64,000 nucleotides of DNA. It comes from Kudoa neothunni. Lineage: Eukaryota; Animalia; Cnidaria. Positions 39,837-52,500 of this stretch are shown here, in pieces. A program made the translations under genes and the position numbers. The notes under the pieces were generated by a model. The model made no database searches. It had not been told where the DNA came from and worked only from the letters and a program-made list of their open reading frames with translations. Position 1 is the first letter of the stretch. Each line of letters begins with the position of its first letter. Where the stretch lies: the NCBI GenBank assembly GCA_964304625.1, contig OZ199840.1:8129744-8193743 (forward strand), written 5' to 3'.

Positions 39837-40860
39837 GACTAAACTACACGATACGGGGCCGCTTCAGTAAAAGCCGGAATAAATCTAAATATTCAAACTA
39901 TACGATAAAATTATTGTTTATTTCTTTAAAAAATGAACTTAATTCGCATTTTTTATATTTTCTTTCGAAAATATAATCCGATATATAATCGTAGAGCGAT
40001 TCAAGGTTTTTGTTTGTAATGCTACGGTACTTTTTCTTGAAAGCAACCCAAATAGCTTCATTTCGGTTAGTATGGACACCAGTACCCGAATCGAAGGAAT
40101 ATTTGTGCGTCACGGTTTCGTGAAGAAATCCAAGTTCATTTACACGTCGATTTCCTGCCCAGCTATCGGTCCACAGAATCGAACTTTCCATCACTCTATT
40201 TTAAATGATATTTTCAAGAATGTTGCGGTTCCTTTTGTTGGTTAACTCAAAAAAACAATCGCCACTCTCATCTATACCATCAACTATCCAATATTGTGCT
40301 TTTTCAACAGACGATTAACGTTGTATTTGCGTTTAGTGACAGCAATTTGATCAATTTGCACTATAATATTTTCACATCCAATTTTTTTATTTTCATCGGT
40401 GATTTTTTGGGCGATAATACTCCGCATTAATTCCCTCCAATCAAGAATCGTACTATGCAATGAACTTTCAGTACGGGTTTGGATTTCTTCGTATGTCACG
40501 CTTTTGAGTTGGATGTGCAATACGAAAAAAAGAAAAGTTTCCATTATGGGAGATTAGAATGTTGAAAAATTGAGCCAACTCATATTTTTTTTCTTTTACA
40601 ATCTGTGCAGCGAAAAAAAATCATTCAGAGACTTATCAAAAATTTCTCGCATCATGCATCCACATTCACATTTCTTCTGTGAAGAAATAAGGCCGAGATT
40701 TTAAAGGGTTTTTATAGTATACATCGTAGCATATTTAAAAACCCCATAATCAATGGCCTTTATGATGTCAAGATTTTCTAAATCAAAGTTTTTTAGCGGG
40801 AAACTCAGTTCTCGACCATTGCCGACTTTTACCGAAATGGCCGTATTGTGTAGTTTAGCC
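39837..40860 (-). mobile_element. Merlin (IS1016/ISXO2-like) transposon, pseudogenised transposase
   Basis: About 40-bp TIRs (gactaaactacacgatacgg... / ...ccgtattgtgtagtttagcc). Motifs KIGCENIIVQID..KRKY, ILWTDSW and HETVTHKYSFDSGTGVHTNRNEAIW in two broken ORFs. Confidence 0.9.
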
Positions 40861-42596
40861 AAAAAATTCTCTTATCAACATAGTTTTACATTAAATTAAT
40901 ATTGTCATATTGATTGTTTTGCGTATTTTGCATAAAACAGTAAAATTTTGGTTATTTTTCGATAGCATAAGCACAACTTGGCACTGCTTCCGAGCCGCCC
41001 TATTAATTCTACGAGCGTGCACGAAACTAGCACTTGTCGCATGCGCTGGTTAACACAGCGGTTTATTGGCGACTGGAAGAAGGATTTCCGCTGCTTCTCG
41101 CGACCTTTCGATTCGTTATTCAAATATCAAAATTTTATACACTTGTCTAAACAACTTTTTATGCTAGTTGATCAGTCTCAAATTAGCAAAAAAATTATTT
41201 TTCTCTAAAAACACGAAGCATTACAATTTATGGAGTAAATCATTAATCTCCGTTTTGTTAACTGTAACAACGTCGTCTGAATCAATCATGAATCATGAAT
41301 AATAATAATTAATTTCAAAAATATTCGAAATTTTCATACGAAAAAAAAAGTGAACGTTATTGTTGATGGTAGATCTATCCCAGAGTTTTCACAATTACAG
41401 AAATAGCTAGATAAAATTATCAGAAAACTCCAAACTATCTGGTGCAACAAAAAAGAATGATTGTGTGACTGTATTATACCAAAACCACTTTTTTTACAGC
41501 GAATACAAGAGAAGAATATCGAAGTTTTATTAACTTTATTTAATTTAAGATATTAAAATTTCTTAAAAATTCATAAATTAAACTTAAACTTTGTAATTAT
41601 AATTTTTTTGGTAATCTAATACTGAAGTAAAAACAATGAGTGCTTACCCAAAGCAAATACTCATCACACGTGTCTGGAACATAGTTTAACAGAATTTTCA
41701 GATAAACTGAATTCGATGGCATTTTAAATGTATATATTTACTAAAAATTAATTCAATGCGAAAAAATATCCCACAATTTTAAGTGTGTTGTACACGATAT
41801 GTCAGACTTGAGTTGGTTAGTTATAGTTATAGTGCTTCGGTCAAATATGTGAAAACATTGAAGGTTTTAGTAATCATAGATATCAATACTAAGTTAGGCG
41901 TATTTTCTTTGTTGTGGTTTAAATTTCTATAAAAGCATAATGTTAAATTTTTAAAATTCAATGTTAATAAAATACAGGAAAGAATATCTAAATTTACCAT
42001 CTAATGGTTGAGCGAAGAGAAACAATTTTTAATCTTGGGTTTGACTTAAAATAGTGTATTTAATTTATTGCATAAGTTGAAACACAACTTATTGCATAAA
42101 ATAATAGGTGAAATATGAATGAATACAACAAAATAAAAATTTATTCGGTTAATACATAATATTTAATTTTTATCAAATTAGAAAAAGAGTTGAACCATTT
42201 AACGTTTTTTGAAGGTTAAGTTTTCCTGATATCGGTCTCAAACTCAGCCACTTTTGGCTATTATAGAATACCGATGTTAGAGACTTAAAGAGAAAACAGT
42301 AGTTAATATGAACAACTAAATTTTAAGAAATTTTACGGATAATAGCCGAATCGAAGCCAGGCGTAATACAAATAAAAACAAAAACACTCAATAAATAATG
42401 ATCTCCGTATATGTGTACGTGTATAGTTTAAATTATGGTCAATAGTTTGATATTAAATAAATTTATATAAAATAAAAACGTGCTACTACACAAAATATAC
42501 GTTTTAAGGAAAAATAAACCCATGAAATACACCCGACGAATATTACCGAACATAGTAGGCACACGAGTTGGATTGCGTCCGAGTTTTTTTCGCAGA

Positions 42597-43004
42597 ATGG
42601 TGAGTCGTTATAATTGCTATTGTTGCTGTACTAAAAATATTTCGATTAGGTAAACGTTCCTAAAACTAGAAAATCACTTTGTATTGGTAAATGCCGCAAG
42701 CATACCCTTCACAAAGTATCGCAATACAAAGCAGGAAAGGCTCGTCTCTTTGCTGAAGGAAAACGACGTTACGACCGCAAACAGAAGGGTTTCGGAGGTC
42801 AAACCAAACCTATTTTCCGAAAAAAGGTGTCCTTGTTGGTTAGACTTTGTCTAATTTCATATTTAGGCCAAAACTACCAAAAAAATCGTTCTGCGTATGG
42901 AATGCTCTGAGTGCAAATGCAAAAAACAGAAAGTAATCAAAAGATGCAAGCACTTCGAGCTTGGTGGTGAGAAACGTAAAAAGGGACAAGTCATCCAATT
43001 TTAA
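42597..43004 (+). CDS. RPL36A: 60S ribosomal protein L36a/L44 (eL42)
   Basis: ATG-only first exon, then VNVPKTRK...[23 protein letters not shown] / [13 protein letters not shown]...[21 protein letters not shown]. Confidence 0.98.
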
Positions 43005-44456
43005 AACAACTGCCATCATAGAGATAGTTTATGTTGTTGTTTGATGCATTGAATGTGTTTTTGAGCGTGTTGTCAAATGTAGGCTTTGTTTTTCTTATTT
43101 ACCTTGATTAATGTTGGTTTGTCGGTGTGTATTCGAATAATTTGTTGTTGATTGATTGATCGATTGATTGTAAATGCAGCTGACATTATTGAAACTAGAT
43201 GTGGTGTAATTTTCGTTAATTTTAATGTTCTGGGTGTTACCAATAGAACTGGCTTGATATAAAGTTTGAGCTAATTTAAATATTACTTAAAATATTAAAT
43301 GTACTTATTACAAGCCCTAATAAATACTGGTGTATGCGTACCTGAGATAAGAAATAGCTCAGCAAGTTGAGAGTGAGAATGTATGCCCCTTCTGATTCTG
43401 ATAATTGAAAACTAACTTGTGTGTTTGAGATTGTTGTTGGGTAGAAGTATCTATAGAATATTCGATAATTTACCTATTAATTGATATGCGCATTTGAAAG
43501 CTTTCTCACATAAAATATTTTAATTTTATAAAATCAAATTGACCTCTTTTTAACCTGTAAATAATCGATTTTACAATCATACAACATTAACTAAGGAAAG
43601 CGGTTATTCTTACATACCATAATATTCAGGTAGGTGTACTATAATTATTCTTATACCCTTTAAAGGTAGCAATAGACATTAAATAATTATTTGAACAGAT
43701 TGTAAAAATTAAAAGTGTATGTCGCTTATAAGGTGGAAGTTTTAGGATAAAGAATATAAGCTGCGTACGCGTACAGCATGTAGGATTAAATTTTATCGTC
43801 GAATAACCATATTCGTAATTTAATTCCCGTTGGCTTAAGACTGAACAAAATATGATTATAATCAATGTTTTGGCCTATACTCTTTAATTATCGAAGTAAT
43901 TTTTCCGACCAAACATGGGAAAAATAGTAGTTCATATTGGCGATACTTGTTGTACCCTTTAATGTTTTGGATCAGGATTAACTCCACATCGATTTTGTAT
44001 TTGTTATAATTCGTTTCATTATGGGATCTAAGTTTGTAAACTATGGTTACTTTTAGTGAATGTGCTTTGAGAATAATCCAAAAATATTCAACTTCTATAT
44101 GAATGAATGATTTAACTCCCCAATAAACACAAAATTTAATAAAAACCCCCGGGAAAATAACTGAAAAGATTCATCAGTTGTCCCTGCGTTAATGGTGTAT
44201 TTTTGTTCAGACTTCAATTTAAATCCAATAAATACTAAAAACTCAAAAGTTTAATTTCTGTGGTAAAACTGCGAAAATTTAAAAATTAAAAATATATTTA
44301 CAACAATCCTGCATGATAGCTTAATATGTAGTTATTAAATTTTCCATTATTATTTGATTATTTATTCAAGGTCGATCGTTCTGAGTTTAATATTATAGAC
44401 ATCATGACTTATAACTGTCTATTACTACAATCCAATTAAAATTCCCTAACATAACA

Positions 44457-45053
44457 TAGGGATTCTCAACCGGGGAGTAAATTTTAAATGACAAGGGGTA
44501 GATTAAGTGACATCGAAATTTGTTAAGGGAAATTTTCGCATAATGCGGTTTTTACGTGCTCAAGGATTCCTAAGGAATTATATTATTAAGGGCTATTAAA
44601 GTCAACTAAGATATTTGCGGAAATCCTTAAAATGTTGTTAGGAATAAATATTCAACTGCTAATAGTGAAGCTATAATCGGTCTCGTTTATTTTTTAGTAA
44701 TGTAACCTAATAATAACTTTTAAAGCGGCTATTTGCACGGTAAATAATATTTAGGAGTCACTAGTTTTGAATGTTTTTGATTATGTCAGGCCCCAAAGAG
44801 CGAAAAATTGGGATGAAATAATGTAATTTGGCAAAATTTAAAAAATCAAACCTTTAGGCAGCTCGTGAGTAAGAGTTGATGGGATTAAAAATTGATTGTC
44901 ACTATTCAAGTGTACAAGCCTTTTAGGATCAGAATTTGTCCCCAAATAGTTTCTGCCATAGCTTAGCTAAAACCGTATAGAACCTAAAAATAAAAATGAA
45001 TTGGGCTGCCAAGTTAAGGGGCAAATTTTGAAAAAAACGATTGAAAACCCCTG
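44457..45053. mobile_element. hAT/Charlie-like non-autonomous element
   Basis: Ends tagggattctcaacc / gattgaaaacccctg resemble CAGGGGTTCTCAA-type TIRs. ccctaac occurs on both flanks as a possible TSD. Confidence 0.55.
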
Positions 45054-46579
45054 CCCTAACGCAGTATCATGTGAGTAGCTGTAAAAAATTATCCTTCGCT
45101 GTTTGAACCATTATTGTGCAATATGAGTCTAATAACTTATTGAATCGATATTTTATAATAATAACAGATCAATCAAAAACTATATTTAATTTTTTAATGA
45201 AATATGATAAAATAAATAATTTATTCAATGTTAAATCTTCAAAATTTGACTAAAAACTAAAACATGCTGCTTTTTCTGCTTTTATTTACTTTATATTAAC
45301 ACGTTTAAATAAGAGATGATTACTTTCTATAATTTTGAACAAATATTTAATAGTTTAAAAATAGGAATATCATGAAAAAGTATGGTAGAGGCTATTGTTT
45401 TGGGATATTTTTGGTCCTAAATGGCATCTACGCTTGCGTAGCATCCATTTCTAATCCGAGAAACTTCGATTTATAATTTATTCAAAGTTTATTTTCTAGA
45501 ATCATCTGCATTTAATTATTTTTGTCCCATCTATAACGCACCCAGTTGCCAACAAAATAATTAACCACAATCAAAACTTCACTCTCCTTGATACTATCAT
45601 CCGTTGCAATAGCCATCACCAACAATTATTCGATAAAGATGTCAGTATAGTTTTTAAAAAGTAATTATAAATCGAATAAACAATTTTTTTTTCAATTAAA
45701 ATTTCGTCGTAATAAAATATATCATATTTTAAAAACTAGAAACATCTTGGAACATTTGTACAATAATAATATGTAAAATCAATGAGAATATTTTTATGTT
45801 TGTAAATTTCCATATTAAACAAAACTATAAAATATTTTTTCATAATATTCGTTATATATCATGTATCTTGTAATAAGAAGTATTCGTTTTATTAAATCAA
45901 ATATTTTAGTACGAGAATTTTATGATTTTATAAATAAAAAGTATCAATATTTAAAAAAACATTAATTTTTTGAATAAATTATTTCTTAGGTGTTCATTTC
46001 AACGTCAATTTCCGATTATACATTATGCACTATATGATTTTTATTTTCGTTAACCATCTCATGATTGACTCTGGCTTTAACATTCTCTTATTAATCTAAA
46101 TTTTATGACTTGATTGATTTAAATTATTATTTTAAAGTAAAATAAAAAAATGATAACTCCAATGACATGAATGGATTTTTGAGTGGGCTTCACTTATTCG
46201 CACCTTTTTGTATCGCTGGTAAACCGTCGATTGCATCCCGCGCTGATAGAGAACTTTAACGTATCTTTATTTTAATAATATTTGAATGGTAACTAATTAT
46301 CAGGAATCAATATTTAAGATATGATTTCAATTGAATATTATAGTTATAAATTTTGATATGGTATAAATGATTTTATTTATTTGTCAATTAATATATGAAT
46401 ATTCAACTATAATCCGAATGTACAGATTATTGTGGCGACCACATGGTTTTCTTTTTCTGGAATGGGATTGAGAATATTTAAATAAATATCTAACCTAGAG
46501 GTTGATGGAATAATTTTTTGGAAAAAGTCATTAAAATCTTTAACGATATATAACGCGCACGCACGCAAAAAGATAGCTA

Positions 46580-49500
46580 ATGGTGGCGGGTATATTAAAA
46601 TCCTCGAAAATGCTTCCTATATATATATATATATATATATTCTTATATAGAATTACTCACAAACATTGCTGAAATTATCCAATGTACTTCTTCTCAAGAG
46701 AGTAAAAATATAGATTGGAAAGATGTTCTAGCTGGCATGTGTTGCCGAAGTTTTACATCAAAAGTAGTTGTGTTGTGGTTGTTCAGCAATAATTTCTGAC
46801 CTAGGAACGGCTGAAAATATCATTTGCAATGTCCAAATATGTACATTAAAAATATTCGATCATCACTAATGTATGTTCTAGGTTGATAAACTTGAAATTG
46901 ATGATTTGGAAAGTGTTATCAATTTTTTGGTGAATAGTTGTGAGGATAGGAGCATAGATAATTTTACTAAGTAATCAAGTATCGTAGATTAGTGGATTAA
47001 TTGGCGCGAAATAGTTTGGAGTTATTTGTGGTTAATTTTATTGCCACCTTTTCGCAAACAGCTCAAAAATCATTATCTATCAAAATATCTAATGGAACTG
47101 ACAACCCCCAGGAAATTCCAATCAATTCAGATCTTAGGAACAGTGTCGTAGAGTTGCTGCTGCAGAAATGGTGAATATAAACTTTTCCGTTGTGTTTTCA
47201 TTCGTTTTTAGTTGGGCACCAAAATTCTCTCTATTCATTTTACATATACTCAAGTCGGATTTAAAATTACACATAGCTCAATCTAGATATTGATATTGTA
47301 TACGTGTAGAGCTTTGGTGTGGAAGAAACAAACCATTAAACATATCTACATTAAAATAATAGAGTAATTGTTCGACTGTATTTATTCATTAAAATAATCT
47401 AAATAAATAATTTTTGTTTAAAATTTTTTCTAATTCATATATTCAATTTTTATAACAAATCCTTAGCGACATAATCCCCGAACGTATCAATATCAAGGAT
47501 TTGGAGTATTTTGTTGTTTCTCTGGATAAAACATTGATGAAGGTAATAATCATAATCGATTGAAATAATAATTCCTAAATTTCAGGATTATATTGGCTAT
47601 TTTGTGCTCAAAGTTTGCAACTATTTAAATGTCTATTGTGAACAAAACCATGGCGGTAAATTAGAAAAGCTTCTTACTTCCGAAAATCAATCTCTCGTGG
47701 ATGGTAACAATGCGCAATATTACCAGTCGGTCAATGGCGTCAAATTTTTGTTAGGTTACCCGCATAAAGTCTAATTGACTCCAATTTAACAATAAAATAA
47801 GTGATTGATTTATTCGTTAGTTAAAAATTTTATGCATGCCAAATTAGAATTTACGACAAACTTTTTTTTGTCTAATAATTAAATTAAGAATCGTAAAATA
47901 TTGCACTTACGATGTGTACCGAGATTTACCTGACATTTGTTTTTTAAATTTGTATGTTTGTAATTTACTTTAAAAGTTAATTTAATCTGAGGATATGAAT
48001 ATTTGGTATACCTTAGAGTATGTATATGAAGTATTTTTAATGATCTAAAGATTAAGAGATTTCCGTTGCAAACTAATACAAATATAAACTCTTGAATTTT
48101 TAGAATTATCGTTTTTCGATATTTATATAATTTCTTAACCTCAAATAAATTTGTTGAGTAACAAATTAAATACTTTTGACAGAAAACGATATTATTGCGC
48201 ATGCTCAACCAATTTAATTTTACAAAGAGATGATTTGTTATTTAAAATAAACAATAAATCATTTATTAGCATCATAACACGAATAAAAATAATATTCATA
48301 TATTATTGTGTATCATTAAATTTAGAGATAGTTTTTGGGAGATTATTACAACCTTTGAAGGCAACAAATGAATCTAATTTTTAGATTCGAGTTTCTAAGA
48401 CGTAAATTTCAGCAAATTATGCTAAAATTAGAGGTCCTCTTTGTTCGTAATTAATTTTTCTGTGCTGATAAATGTCTACATTGTAGAATCTATTGAATAT
48501 TTCTAATTTGACGTTTTCACCCTTAAAATCCGGGTCAATTTAAATATAATTTAATATTAATATACAGAATTGACGAATGTAAAATCAACTGTGGTGTAAA
48601 ATTTATCATTTACCATTGTTTTTAAATATATTTAACATTCGATATTCATATGATAAGCCAAGGTTTTTTGTATCCTACTTAATTTTATTATATAACGAAT
48701 AGTAACTTTAACCTTCCCTGTACTAACATCCGAAACAAAACGCGTGTGCCCAACTGAGATATTTCTTGACCCCAGACGAAATATGCTTTAAGCACATAAA
48801 TTTATCTCAACTTTATATATTGTAAACAATACGCCCAGCCTAACAATTCCATAGCAAATGTACAGCGGATTGCTATTTCTGGATATTATTAATGAGTAAT
48901 ATAAATAATTTATTCCGTTGACTTTTATTTGATGGAACAATAAAAGAAAAGGGTATTTTTTATATCCCATACTTGTAAATAACCTCACGGTCGCCTTAAA
49001 TATCAAATTTAGATGAACAAACATAATTTCCAATGTTATGTTCGATTTTAATATTATCGGATTTTTCTGCCCTTAAAACTTATCTGATGACGTTCATTTC
49101 TTAGTATAAAAACAATAGAGCGAGAATATCTAATTAGCTAAATATTTATTTTAATTCTTCTCAATATTCAGCATGTAGATCTTAATAACTTTATTTCTAT
49201 TATGTGACATGGAAAGTAGGATTAAATGTACTCTAAAAGAAAAATGGCATATAACATTGGAAAAATCAATTAATTGAATTGGTGGTTACTCTCCGAGGAT
49301 TTATAAAAGAATATCTATATGTCTATCTGCCCCTGAATGCAAGTACGTATGCGCGATATAACTTATTCAAGATTAATAACATTTATGGAACTTTTAAAAT
49401 TTAAAAATATCTAAAAAAGTATTCGATTTGTGATAAAATTTCCGAAGATATCAACTTATATAAAAATGGCGATTTTTTAGATTTTAATATTGTTTAGATG

Positions 49501-52500
49501 ATAGCATGACCAATAAGACGTTTAAATCTCGATTTTTTAGAGTGATAGTCATTTGACGTTAAAATGCTCCATTATGCATTAAAATTATTTTTTCCATTTA
49601 ACTGTGCCATCAATATATATGCAGTAGTCATATGTGCATGTGTTTGTTGGACTAGGCGTACTGATAAATATTTCAGTTCAAAAGAGAATAATCGAAACAA
49701 TCCCAAATTAATTATCTTAAATTCTCACCTAGTTGTATATATTTTATGATTTTCGCGCATTAATTCTAATTCCGATTATCATATTTTTTAAGAGAGAAAA
49801 ATTAAATTAAATTTTCAATTTTAATCTTTCTTTTATGAGTAAAATATGTTGTTAAAAAGAGTCTACAAATCAGAATATGTCGGATCCATAGGAAAGATCG
49901 AAAATTCGCGTTATTTAATAATAGATGCCTGAAATTTTAAATATTACAAAAATATATTTTTGAACAAGTCTTTAATTGTTTAATAAGTAAGTTATTATTA
50001 TTTTTTTTTCATTTGGTTAAAGACTGTATATTTTAATAATAAGCAATATCAATACCTTCTTAAACCCGTAATTTATTAATTAAATAATTGACATAACTTA
50101 AATCGACATGAGCAAAGTGGACTTTATGCGTGGTAATGAAGTTAGCCATTTGATTGCGTCATATAACTCAAAAATTGATCCCAATAAATCTTTAGAAATT
50201 GGTCCATTCTTGGAAACATTCTCGTCTAAATTTATTCAAAACACAATTGTTGGAAATAACATAGAGTTATTTTTTAAGTATGTAAACTAATCGCTGGCCG
50301 TAATTTCGTTAAAACCTCTGAATTCAGACATATTCAAAATTATGCCCAAAATTAGTTTATGATCGGTTAATTTACATATCAATGATGATGGTGAGCAATA
50401 CCCAAAATTGTGGTCAAACGACAGTAGATAAAATTTTGTGTATTATTATATTATAAGGATGTTTAGTTGTTGAGACCCTATTTCCGACTTATTAATCTAT
50501 CATTATAACGAAAAATCGAAAGATTTGTCAGCAGTAAAAGACTTTATTAAACTCCTATTTAAATTAAAGTGTGTTTTAATTCTACGTCACACACCACATT
50601 GGAGTTAACTATGGATTATAGTTACAGATCGTTGCTGAAAAGCATGAAACTATTAAGCTTAGAGATTATGTCTATTAAAATTCCAGCGAGCATTGGTCAC
50701 GCCGAAAATGAAGAAAATCAAATTTTATTTGTTGTGGCGGTTAAAATAATGAAAGAATATTTTAAAACGATTAATGATCCACTGGATCAGGAAGAATTTA
50801 TGATAGTGGTGTTAAGGAAAATTGTGTCAGCCAACGCACACACAATAAGCCATTGGAATAGTAAATTTATTGAATTAATAATGTTTGTAAATTTTTTAGA
50901 ATTAATTTTCAAGTTGCTTAAACTAAATAACGATCTCATCTACAAACCTCATATAGCTAGTTTGGTGAGTTTGAATCATCAACATGTGCCTTTTACAACT
51001 TTACTTGAATCTAGAGCTTAGAAGTTATAGTAGTGCTAACAATGTCAACATAATTCGACCATATCTTCAAACTATTCTCGTAACTATAAATCTATAAATC
51101 GATGGTTGTGTTTATGAAGTTTATTAGCCATACATCAATTTCAATGAAGAGTTGAAAAACAATTTTATTCTTTTTCTCAAAAAGAAACTATTAAACAAGT
51201 AACTATCCATTTTGTTATTGATTGTAACATTACGTCTCCCATTAATCGAAGAAAAACAGACGTAGTGGGTGTTGCAGTGGATGGATTCTTGCTTATTTGC
51301 GACATTTTAAAAGTATATCTACGACTATTTGTCCAATAATCAACTGATTATTCAATTTTCCTTCTTTCAAAACATTATTGTGAATTTTTTGATGTAGGTT
51401 ATTACAGGATATGAGCCCACTACTCAATACACTCAAAGCTCCTACACACAGACTATCAATTGGTTAAACGAGAACAACTCTGGTGACAACTCAGCTGCCA
51501 ATTCTAACGACTTGATTTATTTGGATATTTTTGGGCATTTGCGCCGATGTTTATGTGTTGGGGATCCTATATTGTGTCGTATAATTTATCAAGTGATTTT
51601 CTACATTTACTGAAAACATGATTCCCGAATTCTATTTGACTAGGGACTTTATTGGTTGCTTGCAGAAACGCATCATTCAGTTTCATTGTTTGGAAATATT
51701 TTATCATCGCTCAAATTATTATTTGTCAAGTTTAAATGCGCCCAATGGTGCCGCTGAACAGTCCACTCAGATCGACGCCACAGATATTGGAATTGAAATC
51801 ATGTTGGCGTGGAACAATGATAAGAGATTGTTTATCGACGATTTGGTATGGTTAAAGCATAAAATGTTAACTGCTTTTATATGCCTTTAATTTGTATCAT
51901 TTTAGGCATGGCTCTTCAAATATTATCTAATGACTTATTATAAAATTCAGAAACGTCTTAAAAACCACACGGATGATCAAGATGATTGTATCTGGATAGT
52001 TTGTGTTTTTTGATAAGTTACTAATACTACTTTAGACGAGAAATACATTATACCTACCGTCGAATTATTGGATGCATTCTCGAACAAACTATCTCAAGTT
52101 GATAATATTGAGTCATTTGTGCAGGTTAATTAGTTTGACCACTTCATCCCTCTCTGTTCTACTAAAAATTGCAATTCAGAAACTTGAAAACTACTCTCCA
52201 GAAGCCAAGTCTCAAATCCTGAAACTTTTAATCCATCTTGATGAAGTATTTGACAATGAGATTTTTAAAACATGCATAGTGATAAATGTCGATTTTTATA
52301 GTGTTTCATTGAATATGTGTATCGTCAAAAACCCAACGTGTAATTTTCTAGCTCGACATGATATTGATTTTCCATTTAGAATCACCACTCTTCGATTCCA
52401 AGAAATTATTTGTCTCTACTACAATATCTGTTCCTATAAAAATCAGATGAAAACGCTGCCTATTCATCTGATACAGCAGAAGAGTTCAAATTTTGATCTC

